From NCBI GenBank assembly GCA_964016885.1, contig OZ024740.1, positions 117,552,001 to 117,616,000 on the forward strand: a stretch of 64,000 bases of DNA. The letters run 5' to 3'. This stretch comes from Eledone cirrhosa. Taxonomy: Eukaryota. Positions 40,671 through 55,384 of this stretch are shown here, in pieces (positions within the stretch are counted from its first letter, which is position 1; every line of letters begins with the position of its first letter). Under the pieces are notes generated by a model. That model had not been told where the DNA came from. It ran no database searches and saw only the letters and a program-made list of their open reading frames with translations. Position numbers and translations under genes: made by a program.

Positions 40671-41690
40671 GAGTAGGATGGCTGTGTAGTTGGTAGTTAA
40701 GTTAGGCTTAAAAATGGAATGAAAATAAGAAGAAAGCAAGAACGGGGGGGGGGGGGTTCCTCATCAGTTGTCTACTGGGAGTCTCGGATATTTCAACGCT
40801 TTAAAGACAATATATCTACCCCAGAGCGTTCAATAACTGGGTAATATATATATATATGTGTGTGCATGTATGTATATATATACATACTACTGTACATCTG
40901 TATAGATATATGTATGTACGTGTGCATAGTTACATTTAAGTATCAGCCGTACTAAGAGTGAGAAATGAAATTTCGTTTCATTCTTTTCCTTATATATGTA
41001 GAAGAGTAGGATGGCTGTGTAGTTGCTAGTTAAGTTAGGCTTACAAATGAGAATAAGAAGAAAGCAAGAACAGGGGGGGGGGGGCTTCCTCAGCAGTTGT
41101 CTACTGGGGGTCTCAGATATTTCAACCTTTTAAAGACAATATATCTACCCCGAGATCGTTCAATAACTGGGTAAGTTATTGGGAAAACGGAGGAGGGAGA
41201 GAAGGAAAATAGAAGGGAAAAGGGAAAAGGGGAAGAAAAGAGAAACAACGAAAAAAAAGCCAACAAACCAAGGAATGTGCAAGCAACTTAAGGTAAGAAA
41301 ATCCAAGACCACAGCGGTAACAGAACTTAAGTTCGAGAGAGTGTGGGCGAACGAAAAGACACGACTGACCCCAGCGAGTGTAAGTGATAAAAGGACTGCT
41401 AGAGGGTCAGGCGAGGGAAACAATGAGGTGGCTGACAGAGAGAGGGTGAGTGAAAGTGAGAGGGAGAAAAGAGAGGAAGAAAGAGGGGGAACAGTAGATA
41501 GTAACGAAATAGGTAGGTAGATGGTGAGAGAAGACGGGTCATAGCGAAACATGATAAAATATATGAATAGGATGGCTGTGTAGTTGGTAGTTAAGTTAGG
41601 CTTAAAAATGGAATGAGAATAAGAAGAAAGCAAGAACGGGGGGAGGGGGAGTTTTCCTCATCAGTTGTCTACTGGAGGTCTCGGATATTT

Positions 41691-41693
<3 letters not shown>
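40666..41693 (-). mobile_element. Tandem direct-repeat non-coding element(s) with permuted hammerhead-like motif
   Basis: Repeat units at 40666-40844, 40999-41174, 41568-41693; purine-rich interior on +; (TA)n flanks. Confidence 0.8.
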
Positions 41694-41735
<42 letters not shown>

Positions 41736-41759
41736 AATCATTTGACTTTTATTTAACTT

Positions 41760-41818
<59 letters not shown>

Positions 41819-41874
41819 GTGTATATTATATGTATACACACACACACATATATACACACATATATACATATATA

Positions 41875-41960
<86 letters not shown>

Positions 41961-42269
41961 TGTTTGTTTGTTAATTTGTTCAAACTGCTTAGAGAATATG
42001 ATAGCAAAGATATTTGATGAAATTGATATACCAATCGAAACTGGTAATATTAGACAAAATATAAATCCACTTAATGTAACAAGTACAAAACTATTCATTC
42101 TGTAGTATTAAAGAAAAAATATACCACTGTGTATTCTCACTTTGACCTCTCTATATATATGAGCTAATTTTTTACATCTTATTTTCTTTACCTATTGATG
42201 ATTTTATAATGCTTTGACTAATTGATTAATCTAACGTCTAAAATGTCTAGATCTGTCATAAGCCATTAG

Positions 42270-42475
42270 GCTCGTTATACCGGTGCTTACCCCGGTTTCA
42301 TGGCGTGAAGCGACTGAGAGTAGAAGACTCCCCCACTGGACAGGACGCCAGTTAGTGGTAAACCCCCAAGTATTGGCGGTACTCATTTTCAGCTGAGTAT
42401 ACTGGAGCAAAGAGAAATTAAGTGTTTTGCTCAAGAACACAACATGCACCCCAGTCCCAGAATCGAACTATGAAT
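42270..42475 (-). mobile_element. Second SINE-like family copy
   Basis: Homologous to 1420-1660. Confidence 0.55.
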
Positions 42476-42626
42476 CTGTGTGTCTGTGTGTCTGTGCGTG
42501 TGAATGCTCGCGTAAAATATATATTATGAATTCATTTCGTGTATTATTGAATATTGATCTGCCCAACTAGGAGAAATTGTCGTACTTGCTATTGTAGCAA
42601 TATATGTATGTATGTATGTATGTATG

Positions 42627-42734
<108 letters not shown>

Positions 42735-42870
42735 AATCCGAACTGTCGAAACGGCCAGAGCTCAGCCGTCGGGGTCCTGATTTTTTTCATATTACCCACT
42801 CTACTACTCCAATTATCGAGTACTCTGGTGGGTTATGGTCTAGCTGGTTTTTATCACACCCTATTTGATA
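42735..42870 (+). mobile_element. Family A fragment starting in HHR helix II
   Basis: gtcGAAAcggc cagagctca gccgTCggggtc plus family A tail. Confidence 0.75.
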
Positions 42871-42873
42871 TAT

Positions 42874-42941
<68 letters not shown>

Positions 42942-43544
42942 TGTGTGTGTGTTTGCTTGTGTCTGTATTTATATCTGTGTCTCTTGTATCTCTTATTTGT
43001 TTGTGTCATGATAGGAAAGGTTTGCATATTTTGATAGGAACATGTGCATTGTGCGTTGTTCCTATTAAATGAAAAGTATATTTTATGATAATGTGTTGAC
43101 AAAAACTATTTTTATTCTTTGCGTAATGTCTAATATATTATTTTCATGGGTATTAAGCTTGCACGTCAAAGTGATATCATTTATCACCACCCTTGCAATT
43201 TAGTCGTTCTCAGTTTCAATACGTAGTTCATATAAATAATCATGTAAGAGACGAAAGCTGAGAAAGGAAATATTCTGCATTAAAAATAGTTTCATTAGTC
43301 TGAATATGCGTTGTTGAATTTGTGAGATATGTTTCGGTCTCACATCGAAATAAAGAAATAAATGAATTAATCTTTAGCAAATTCATGCATTTGTGCTCCC
43401 GTATATCTCGATGGAATCATAATGACATACGGTACTTCATGGCGGAGTCTATCCCTCTCCAGGTTTGATGACAGCAGATTTCTTCTAGAGAAGGAGGGAA
43501 AGATAACGAGCGGAGAGAAAGAGATATAGAGGGAGAATCGCCCT

Positions 43545-43690
43545 CAGTACCAGAGTGGTACTTTTTATCGACCTTCAATGGACGAAAGGCAAAGTTGACC
43601 TTGGCAGGACATGAGCTCAGAGAGCAGAGAGTTGGAACGAATACTGTAAAGATTTCTATCCGACATTCTAACGACTCAGCTTTAGCCAAT
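43545..43690 (-). mobile_element. SINE copy; further degenerate copies at ~10770, 24330, 45220, 45575, 46880, 47190
   Basis: Shared core sequence. Confidence 0.7.
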
Positions 43691-44340
43691 AGTCTGGATA
43701 AAAAAAAAAAAAGCTGAAACAATTGCATGTCAGCTCCTTTTTTCGAGTTGGTATGAAGAAGTCAAAGGGTATTATTTAAAATGTTTTTCTTGAATTTATG
43801 ATTAAAAATCGTGTTATGAGTTAAAATGGAAATCCAGTAGTTATGTTGTTATAATATTGGTGTAATTTGATAAATATAAAAATGTGTGTGTGTACTGGAG
43901 ACAGATTTTACAAACATGTGTTAAAAACGATATTCGATGTTCGAGTTTCATCTTTTTCTAACAGATTTTTTGATATTTCCTTCGTTTAGTTTGAATGTTC
44001 CAATCTCAAGCAATAATATTAAACATTCATCCGACTTATTTTTCAGATGAACTGATTCTTCGTTGTCTTGTTATCGGAGCTTTTTCATAGTGGGCAGCAA
44101 GCATAACGGAAATTTGAAGATAGACATAACACACACACATTGACACATACTAACACACACACATACACACACACACACACAAGAACGCATACTCCCCTAT
44201 ATATATATATATAAACTCATTTTATTGTGAAATAATCATGCTAGCCTTTTAATTAGCACACAAACAACACTGTTTATATCCACTTTAGTTTATTTCATAT
44301 TGAATCACATTTCCGCGATCTGCTCAATGTGTCCATTTCT

Positions 44341-44389
<49 letters not shown>

Positions 44390-44409
44390 CTCTATATATA
44401 TACATACAA

Positions 44410-44474
<65 letters not shown>

Positions 44475-44535
44475 TATATATATATATTTATACACACACA
44501 CACACACACACACATCTCTATATATATACATACAA

Positions 44536-44593
<58 letters not shown>

Positions 44594-46189
44594 TACACAC
44601 ACACACACATATATATATACAATATACATACATATATATATCTTATTATTTTGTCCCAACTCCCTAACGTTCGAGTGAAACAGGCGGGAACTGGCTGCTT
44701 CTTCTAGCAAATATATCACTCACCAATCGTTCAGCCTTTACCTCCCTTCTACGACAGTTATACCACGTGATTATTCTCCCTTCCGAGAATTTTTCACTTG
44801 TAGCGGTTTTGTTATTTCGTGTTGATGAGATTGTTTTTGTAGTATAATCATAGTATTAGTTTGTGGTTAGGTGTATAACCTGTGTTCTGTTTTATGAATG
44901 TTTAAACGATTGTTCATTCATTCCTGCACCGTTTGGCAAGCAGTGTGTTCATTCTTTATCTCTATCTCCTCTTTCTTTTTTTCGAGAAGAAATCAACTGT
45001 GTTCAGTGCTAGAGATAGAGATTGGTTGTGCCAGGTTTAAAATGCCCAAGACACGCTGTGTGTCTCGGCGGCAACCTCCACGACACAATCAATAGTTATA
45101 GGATGCTTAGTTAATAAGAACATTTAAAACATTCTAATTAAACAAACTCCAGTCACTAACAAATACTTATACACGTTTCTAGAACAAGCTGCAAGAAAAA
45201 AAAATGATTTCTATTACAGTCGATTAAATCGACCCCAGTACGTTACTGGTGCTTTATTTCATCGACCCAGTAAGTATGAAACTCAGACCGTATTTGGACC
45301 GTAACTCTATGCTGCAAAGCATGGTATCCGACGCCCTACCTATACTGCCAATCCGCAAAAACAATATCAAAAGAAAATTAGGTAATATATGTTTCAGATA
45401 GGTCCTCTAAGATTTTCACCACAAAACAACAACAGACATCATTGAATATGGTTTCTTCCATCATTTTATAATCTATTTTCTAAGAACCTCGTAAATAATT
45501 TATTAATAAGTATCAAAATAAAGGATTATATGAAAGCATGTACAACATGCTTAGGTATAATTAATTCTAATATAGACAAAAGGCCAGACATTTATTGAAG
45601 ACGGGAGAGTCGATTACTTCGACCTTTGAACTTGATTGGTTCTATATTTTGTCGATATCGGGAAGACAAAATGTGAAGTTGAACCGGTGAGATTTTAAGA
45701 GCTAGAACAAATACCGCCAACCTTTTTGACCTTCTCCCTAAGTATTCTGCCAGTCCACTGCCTTTGGATCACTCTATGTTTATGCATAATAAAACATAGA
45801 CTCACTGTGTTTTAAGCTCTCATCATAAAAAAGCTACTTCAATAACTGTGTGAGAAGTCCCGTACCAGATATGGTCTCTTCCGTACCATTCTGATCATCA
45901 AACCATAAAAACAAATACAAAACTAAATCCATTCTGTTACCTGTTCAACTCAATTACATACAGAATATCGATTCTTTAATCTCAGCCCTAACACCTACTA
46001 AACTTGGTCTTCTTTGTCGATATATCATACTTTATCCTCATGTTCGTGTCTTACAACTCAATACTACATAAATCCCAAATATATAATTGCCAGCTTCACC
46101 CGATCTAGCTTTCACCCAGGGAGTTCTGTTTAACGATGTAGGCATTGTGTGTACCAATTTTCTCCTTTTATCACCCTTCTTTCACACAC

Positions 46190-46410
46190 TACCACCATCA
46201 TTACCATCACAACCTCCTTTTCAACCTCATCTTCTACGCCGTCTTCCTCCTTTTCCTCCCCATCCTCCTCTTACTCATCCTCCTCTTCTTCATCATCATC
46301 ATCATTTTATTATCATCATCGTCATCATCATCATCGTCATCAACATCATCATCATCATCATCATCGTCATCATCACCGTCAGTATCGTCACCACTATCGT
46401 CATCTACCAT
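46190..46410. repeat. (CAT)n/(CCT)n low-complexity tract
   Basis: Direct inspection. Confidence 0.85.
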
Positions 46411-48189
46411 CTTCTGTACATGTGTTGTTCTTTTTTTTTTTTTTTTACATATCTCAACGTTTTGTTTCCTACACAAATGTTATCACGTCGAATCAGTAAG
46501 CATTGCACGGGTTGAACCCGTCTGAGATTAAACTGATAAAATGAAATAAACAAAACTTACCGCCTTTATTCAGATTCTGGTTTTCTGAATACATTACTGA
46601 CATTTTCAACCATAAACCTACCATCCAGATAGGGGGAGACACCAATGCCTTTCAGCTATCTTACAAATCTTTAGAGTACACATCTTGTCATCTATGAATA
46701 CGTCATCTTATATTATTTATTAATTTATTCCTTCTTTATCGTCAACGTCATCATCACGATCATTACTATCGTGATGACGATCATCATCATTCTCTTCATC
46801 ATATTTATAATCAACGCAAGGTCACGGAGTAGTAGAACAGTTATTCTGTCTAGCAGCATGTAGTTCCGTATCTCTATATTCAGCGTTCAAATCATGCCGA
46901 GGTTAAATTTAATGGATATCGAAGCAAATATTGGTTATCTACGCGTCCGATGGACCGGATAGAAATATTAGACAAATCTCATCCAAATTACACCATAAAG
47001 GTCATTACTGTATTGTACGACCAAGGCTAATCATAGTTTAAACAACAATAACGATGTAGACCGATGACACAAGAATCAGTTACGAACACAGATTGATTGA
47101 TTCAACATTACCACTCCCAATTATATTTGTAGCCTTGTTGTATGGTTAGGAATTATTATTGATAAACGAGATTATTTCTTTAAATTCGGAGTTCAAATTA
47201 CATTTGGGGTCAATTTTAACTTTTACGTTTGCAAGGGATCGATAATAGAAATACCAGTCAAGTACCTGTAACAAATAAATTGATCACTGTTTCGTACTAG
47301 AATTGTTGATCCACTATTTGCTGTAAGAAATGATTGATATTAAAACAGTTTGTCAGAAGATATTTGAGGCCTTGTCACTGATCATTTTCTACTATAGGAA
47401 ATCATTATTATTATAGCAATGTATCATTCAAACATTTGTCACCCTAAGAAATCATTATTATAGAAGCTTGTCAGAAGAAATTATACAAGTTGGAACATTG
47501 ATTTTGTATCTTAAAGTTGAAATGAGGTAACTAGAGACGGCCTCAGTTGACAATTGGTAAGTAAAGAATGTTTGTATTAAAAAAAAAAAGGAAATAGTTT
47601 GCCCGGATGAAAAAATACTGACGTTTTTGTAATAGGTCTCTTCACCAGATGAGTGAGTGATAAAGAGGTCCTTGACAGAAACGCCAGACACTAATTTTAC
47701 TTTGTGAATTGTTTAATGTTATTTTGAATTACATGATGTTTAAAAACATTTAATGTTCATTTGATTTAATGACTGTTTAGTAATGTAAGACAGGCATTCA
47801 CCTTATATGGTTTCGATTTTTGCTTGAAGCTATTTTCTTTTATTTATGTCACTATTTTCCTTGGGAAATAAGTGAATGTCACACGGCTTTATTCTCCCCT
47901 CAAACAATTTTGTTTAACTTTGTGTCTAAGAAATACATAATTATATTTGGGAGGTTAATTCTCAGCAAACCATGTTTGTAACACATATTCCTGCAATTTA
48001 TGTTAGTAATATTCTTTGTCAAAACATGGACGTTACACATTTCTAGTGACACTCTACCATAACACAATGAGTCTGGTGTCTTGAATTAGATATGTGTGGT
48101 CATTTTTGTAGAACCGGATGTAAACATCGACTTAGTGAACCATTTTTGTTGATAATACATTTTCTCACTATAATATAATTTACTCCGTC

Positions 48190-48720
48190 TTTGGAAGAAG
48201 CCGCAGTTTGTTCTATATATAAGTTGGACAAACTCTCAAATTCAATCAAGATCTCAAAGGTGATAGGAATTGTCGTTGATAAACTTCTAGAACTAAAATC
48301 TATCTCCCTTCCTAGTAATTCTCAAAACAGTTCTCTTAGACTCAGATCTCCAAGGAATCTGATCTTCTATGTCACTCACCTGTGATCGCTCATACTTGAG
48401 AAATTCAGCAAAAGCAAAGTCATTGCACATGACACCAGTAAAACATTTCATCGCGCCTACCATCAGAAGTTTTCTGGTAAGACCCCTTCCCACCGACTTT
48501 ATCCTTATCTTATTACTTGGTTTGGAGGCTTCCTGTTACATTACATCGTCGCAGTATCCGCTGACATAACTCTCTCTGACCTACACTCTATCAACTCTGG
48601 TTTGCTCCCAACTCTTCCTCCTGTACCTTAATAATTTCTTTCTGTCGTTTCTGACTATGCTCACTCTTATGTAAGCTATATCACTCTTCACACCTTTCTA
48701 ACAGACGTCATTCGTATATA
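48190..48720 (-). pseudogene. Possible CR1/L2-type LINE 3' remnant
   Basis: Weak protein-level resemblance only. Confidence 0.3.
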
Positions 48721-50810
48721 ACATATAGACTTCACGTTAAACCTACATTACCTCTGAACAGAAACAGGAAAAGCCCTCACTAAAGAGCTTATGACAATAA
48801 AGCCTTACTTAACAAAAGAAAATATTGTGATAGTGTATTGGCACGTCAGTATATTTGCATAGTTTGAAATACACTGCAGACGTTCCTTTAGTTAACCAAG
48901 TTGTCAGGAATTGGACCAGATAAACTAACGACATTTGCTTAAAATGAGAAAATATCTCATATATAAAGATGAAGGTAGTTAAATGGATAACGGCCAATAG
49001 GGGATTTGTATCTCCTCATTGTGACTGTGCTATTTCCAAAAGAGTTAGATTAGACCTACGATGGAGAGGTCTAATAAGCTCGAAGCATATCCAGAGTTGT
49101 TTCCCGTGCTTGCCGAAAGAATATTGAAAATTGATACTAGTTAGTATTTAATAGTGTTCTTTTATTTATGTATAATTTTTATAGTTTATGTTTTATGCTC
49201 CTTACATTGAATATATTAACGCTAATTTTACTTTCAACATATAACCTTACTTTGTGTACAGAATGGTATATTACATCACTGTAAGCAACAACAACAGCGT
49301 AAATCTGATGAGTTTTTCATCGGTTTGCTTTGTTGAGTTCAGCCTCACTTATGGATAAGGTTAGAAGAGTTGTAAAACCGCACAGTAATAAACTATATAA
49401 CATAATGTACTATACTAACATGAGTTCTAACAAACTTGTGATACAAATGATAGTTTCGTAAGAACTAAATATAATCGTTAATTGTGAGAATTGCACCCGG
49501 ATCTTGAGGATATCTCAGAACCAACTGAAAGAGTGATTGTTCGCTTTCTGTCACTATTGTACCCACGAAGGCCAGGTTACTTAAATTTCAGCAGACGAGC
49601 TTATAAATACCAGTGGTGGTATAATTCATTCTCGTAAGCAGCAGTAACAACATAATGGATTAGGCGAGGTGATTCACATTTTACTAGAGCTGAGTTCACT
49701 TTTCCCCAAAACTTTAGACTAGTGCTCTTTCCAGGATGATATTTGCTTCTCATCTGTGTATAACTATGGGAACTGGAGATAAGCATAGACCAAGGGGACA
49801 GCATATCCCCGTTTTTCGTTATAATTTCCTGTGATTAAATCCTATCAGTTTCGCAGGTCATCCACTTGACAGTAAAAAAGTTCTAATATATTACTAATAT
49901 ATATAAAAGCATGCGACCATTTATTCACAGAAAAGAAATCATTTTGCGTTCAGAGCAGGGAATTTAGAAAATACACTACATATTCAGATTTCTTTCTCTG
50001 TGCTAACTTACTGGTCTTGGTTCACATAGCAGTAGAACTGAATTTGTTTCTCCATACTACAGTGATTGATAAATATTTTAGGGTCGATTTCATTGTCTAC
50101 ACAACTTCCGCTTTGAAGGATGTAATCATATGAAATAATATTTTCACTCATATCGTATTTTAACAGATGTAACGAGTAGCGGAAAACTGCCGAAAAACGA
50201 GAATGCACTGTGGTTTCAGTTTACGGTTGATGCTTGTTTATTTCACTTACGATTTTATGCTCATAGTAGAGACGTTTTACCTAGTTGTTTAAGGTGTTAG
50301 TAACATGACTATAAGTTCTTAGGTTCAAATCCTGGATAGCCTGGCGCGTTCTGTTCTTGAGCAAGATGATTCAATTTTTGTTGCTTTTTATGCTAGAGCA
50401 CGAGGTCCCTACAGGTTACTAGGGAAAGGCACGTGAAATACAGAACGTATCTCACTCTTTTTTAAATTTAGCCCATTGCCTGGAAGAAAATCGAATATTT
50501 TAATTGATAGATACTTTTTATACACATTCCGTAGTTTCTAAATACTTCCAAAAGATTGCATGACTGCGTAGGAGGCACATACAACATATCCTGGTACAGT
50601 CGCATTCAAACAAGTTCCAGGTATGTACTCATTTATTCATATATATATATCTTGTTGTTCCAACAGCTAGTTCTAGACTCTGAGTCTGGAACTAGCTGTT
50701 GAAACGGCAAGAGCTCAGCCATCTTATAATATAACCATAGACTTTTACCCTGAGAAGTATCGAATCTCTGTTGAGTAATGGTCTAACCAGTTTCAAACTG
50801 ATTCCATCTG

Positions 50811-50844
<34 letters not shown>

Positions 50845-51486
50845 GATGATGGCTGTCCCCTCGTTATCGAGTATGGCCATTGCACGATAACATTATTAAT
50901 AATTATCAATTAATACTATCCTGCAATGCCTGTGCGTGACGATTTTGTTTCAAGTGAGGAAAGACTGTGCACTGAGCCAATCCCACTCTCTGAGCGACAG
51001 TAGCTATAACCCGAAAAGAAGAAAAGATCAACATCATCGGTAACTACCGGGCCGCAGGTTTTATATCAGAGTTATCCGAGCTTCCTGGGTTGCCTTCTCA
51101 TAAAAGAATGCTCTGACAAAGCTAGGTGTCCTTCACTCCCAGAGGTTTAACCGCGCGATCGGGTATCCAGCCTGAATATTTTCTGTCCCCGTGCATACAC
51201 ATGCATACACATTTATACATACATACATATATACACATGTACATAAATATTTACACATTTTTGGATAGCCGTTCATCTTATGAGTTCTTCCACCCTTTGT
51301 CAGGTTGTGTTTTTTGTCCTGCAGGGTGCCCCAAATCACCCTCCTCACCAAGTAAACTTAGTGGCGGTTGCCGGTTTATTAACCGACGACCCGACCATGT
51401 GACAGATTGTACTGGGTTACATGTTACCAGTAGCACTCAAGAGTGAGCCGACATATATATATACATACATACATATATATATATAT

Positions 51487-51964
51487 TATTTTTCAGTATG
51501 TGCTGGTTGTTTACCGACACCTCAGTATGCAGGTAGGAGCACTCAACGAAGTGTGCAGGTTGGTTTGTTCACTCCGGAGTAATGTAAAATAATAAGTGTA
51601 AGTCAAACATGTTAAAGTTGGCTTCGTATATTCCAATTCTCTGCTATATATATTTCAGTGACAGCCATTATTGACTGTGACCTCATCAGGCAGTAAGAAT
51701 TTAGGTAGAAAAAACAGGAAAAGATGATGTTGTAATGGAATCATATGATTCCAGTTCATTTGAGGACTAACAGCACACCCAGAAGCTAGATATATCGATG
51801 AATTAACAGGGTAGAACCCATTACAACATCATGTTTTCCTGTTTTTCCTGCCTAAATTCTTACTGCCGGATGAGGTCACAGCCAATAATGGCTGTCACTG
51901 AAATATATATAGCAGTGAATTGGAATAAACGAAGCTAACTTTAACATGTTTGACCTACATTTTT

Positions 51965-51970
<6 letters not shown>
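51487..51970 (-). mobile_element. Family B hairpin insertion with two inverted HHRs
   Basis: Arms ~51586-51740 and ~51819-51970; HHRs at 51641-51693 (-, intact CTGATGA) and 51862-51916 (+, CGGATGA). Confidence 0.9.
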
Positions 51971-52016
<46 letters not shown>

Positions 52017-52125
52017 AATTAGTATATCTACCAACATATATATACAGATGCATACCTATGCAAGCAAATATATAGGTTTTGTCTTAGTAACTTTGAGGTT
52101 CAATGCAAGGGGATGCAGAACAATT

Positions 52126-52462
52126 ATATGAAAAACGTAAAATAAGAAAATTATAATAATTAGCTTACTTACTTAAATTTCACTCCAACTAATTAGTTTC
52201 TGAAAGGGAATATACATAGTCTCCAAATGGAGTTTATGGAGAAACCTTTTCGTCATCAGAGAGTCATTCTCAGCTAAGATACCTGGCGATGCGCGGACAC
52301 AGGGAACTTATACAAAAATATTCAGTGGATGGAAAAGAGCAAGCGGGGACTAAATTCCAAGACGCTGAAAAAATCACTGCCTTCTTGTTCGGTGGCAAAT
52401 TAAAAAAATTCAGTGAAATTTAAATAAGTAAGCTAATTACTATAATTTTCTTATTTTACGTT

Positions 52463-52470
<8 letters not shown>
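52126..52470 (-). mobile_element. Hairpin-armed insertion with an HHR carrying a long helix-II loop
   Basis: Arms 52126-52184 and 52411-52470; reverse complement of 52183-52263: ctct-CTGATGA-cgaaaagg..cctttca-GAAA-ctaattag-TT-ggag. Confidence 0.75.
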
Positions 52471-52530
<60 letters not shown>

Positions 52531-52889
52531 AATTTGAAGACTAAAATCCAAAGAGGGATCGATAAGGATAAATATGTATCAAATATATAAGAACCGTAGA
52601 GCAAATATTTATTAAAATAACAGATTAAAGTTTAAGCAAAGAATCGCTGCTTTCACCCTTAACGGGATCTTCTGAAACTAACAAAGTCAATCTGTAAACG
52701 CAGAAGTGGATATTTAAAAAAACGTTGCAACCGGAGGAAGACAGGAAGACGATATTTTGGTTCGTCGAAACGTTCCCTTCACAAAACATACAGGTAATAT
52801 ATACATATCTATGCAAATAAGTAATGGTATAAACATAACATATACTTAGCTACCACATCAAGACGTAAAATATCCACGTATAGAATGTA

Positions 52890-54410
52890 CTATCCGTTAG
52901 GATATAATGTGGGGCTGAAATACAGGAAAGGTTTGTGCAATTTATGTTTACAAGTCGAAATTGCCTCAGACTTTTTGTTTAAGATGTGGTCTGTGGCGTA
53001 GAGTATTTCCATGGTCTCAGCGGCGTAAAGGTCACATGGTCTTTTATTTCCGTTATACGATCTAGCCCTAGCTAGGATCTCCCAGTGTAACTTATATTGG
53101 GTGTGGTTGTCTTTTAGACTCCAGATATAAGCTGAAAGTGACGTCATATTCCTTCTTAGAGGATAACTAAAAGAATGGGTATGCATGTAAAGACGCTGCT
53201 TGAATCTATTGGCGGTTAACCCTATGTAGGCCCTACGGGACGTGTGTGTTTCAACCTTACATTTGTAGACAATATTACTAGAGAGGCATTTCCCGGATAG
53301 GGGGCAATCAACCCGATTCCTACAATTACAGTTAGTACTAACTACAGGGTTGCACGTGTTCCTACGGCTAGGTAGTTTAGCTAAATTTGAAGCTGTGATG
53401 TTATGTGCAAGGTTAGGAGTCGTAGAGTAAGAAATTTTAATAGTATTTCTATTAAACATTTTACTATATTTATGTGTAGGGGGAAAATACTTCGTAATAA
53501 GGGATAGAAAGATCTTAGCTAATGGTGTGGCCACCTCCATATTATATGGTGGGTTATACCATATAATGTGACGGGATCTATTTCTTCTAGGTCTATTCTT
53601 GTACTCTGTATATGCTACCTTATCGACAAATCCACTCCGAGCAAGAGCTTCAATGTAATAAGTGGAATGGTCGTTGAAAATATGCTCGTTAGTAGATAGA
53701 CAGGAAAGCCTCAACGAAACGTTTCTTACCAGGTTCTTGGTTATGCTGACAGGATGGTTGGAATGCTTACTTATGTAATTAAGCGTATCATTCGGCTTTC
53801 TATACGGGTAATACAAGCCATTCGACAAATTGAGGGTAACGTCGAGGTAATCAACGACCGAGAGGTTGGCCTCAACCTGTATAGAGAGGTCGAAGCCTTT
53901 AAAGAAGGCAGTGAGTTCTTTTCTGAACCTGTCGCAAGCACGAGAGCCGAACTTATTCATGGTGAAAAGACCATCATCACAGTATAAACCACCGCCCGCG
54001 TTGGGGAATTCGTCGTTGATAGAGAAAAGAAGGAAAAGGCCGATAAGATCAGTAACCTCCGCAGAATCGCTGGCGCCCATACTCACGTCGAATGGGGTAC
54101 TATTGGATTTTTTTATCTAAATAGAGTCGTCTAAATTAATCACCGACTTACGGGCATTGAGGATGACATCAACTTCGAAATCCTTAACCACTGTGAGTGT
54201 TTTAGCGAAATTGATAGCTCTAAGGAGAAGTGGTAAAGTGATGGAGGAGTAGTAATTATTGATGTCGAATTGGATAAAACGGCAATGTTCCTTGTTGCAT
54301 ATGCCGTTGAACCAATCAATCACCGCGAAAGAATTGTTCCACAGTGCAAGAGGGGCCACACTTCTAATTTCAGGTATAATTCTATCAAGAATCCTTTTAC
54401 TAAGTCTACC
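52890..54410 (-). pseudogene. PLE RT-GIY-YIG ORF (5' truncated, one in-frame stop at ~54117)
   Basis: IQFDINNYYSSI, MGASDSAEV, LYCDDGL, YLDVTL, SNHP, CNCx5Cx5C linker, IVY..AYIG, LNKKSE. Confidence 0.92.
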
Positions 54411-54470
54411 TAGAATAGACCTAGAAGAAATAGATCCCGTCGCATTATATGGTATAACCCACCATATAAT

Positions 54471-55121
54471 ATGGAGGTGGCTACGCCATTAGCTAAGATC
54501 TTTCTATCCCTTATTACGAAGCATTTTCCCCCTACACATAAATATAGTAACATTTATAATAAAAATACTATTAAAATTTCTTACTCTACGACTCCTAACC
54601 TTGCACATAACATCACAGCTTCAAATTTAGCTAAACTAGCTAGCCGTAGGAACACGTGCAACCCTGTAGTTAGTACTAACTGTAATTGTAGGAATCGGGT
54701 TGATTGCCCCCTATCCGGGAAATGTCTCTCTAGTAACATTGTCTACAAATTTAAGGTTGAAACACCCACGTCCCGTAGGGCCTACATAGGGTTAACCGCC
54801 AATAGATTCAAGCAGCGTCTTTACATGCATACCCATTCTTTTAGTTACCCTCTAAGAAGGAATATGACGTCACTTTCAGCTTATATCTGGAGTCTAAAAG
54901 ACAACGACACCCAATATAAGTTACACTGGGAGATCCTAGCTAGGGCTAGATCGTATAACGGAAATAAAAGACCATGTGACCTCTGCGCCGCTGAGACCAT
55001 GGAAATACTCTACGCCACAGACCACATCTTAAACAAAAAGTCTGAGGCAATTTCGGCTTGTAAACATAAATTGCACAAAACTTGCCTGTATTACAGCCCT
55101 ACATTATACCCTAACGGATAG
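54471..55121 (+). pseudogene. Inverted duplicate of the PLE linker + GIY-YIG
   Basis: Translation nearly identical to the C-terminal part of 52890-54086. Confidence 0.92.
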
Positions 55122-55384
55122 TACGATCTATACGTGGATATTTTACGTCTTGATGTGGTAGCTAAGTATATGTTATGTTTATACCATTACTTATTTGCAT
55201 AGGTATGTATATATTACCTGTATGTTTTGTGAAGGGAACGTTTCGACGAACCAAAGTATCGTCTTCCTGCCTTCCTCCGGTTGCAACGTTTTTTTAAATA
55301 TCAACTTCTGCGTTTACAGATTGACTTTGTTTGCTCAAACTTTAATCTGTTATTTTAATAAATATATATATATATATATATATA

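Larger units (their letters stand above)
52527..55362 (-). mobile_element. Penelope-like element (probably Hydra clade) with ~950-bp inverted duplication, in (TA)n
   Basis: Minus arm 52527-54411 encodes RT + GIY-YIG; plus arm 54412-55362 mirrors ~52610-53600. Confidence 0.93.

Noticed and set aside
48809-50208. Short minus-strand ORFs, two ending near gtaag donor-like sites (possible host exons)
   Set aside because: No recognisable protein similarity or consistent exon chain; needs RNA-seq
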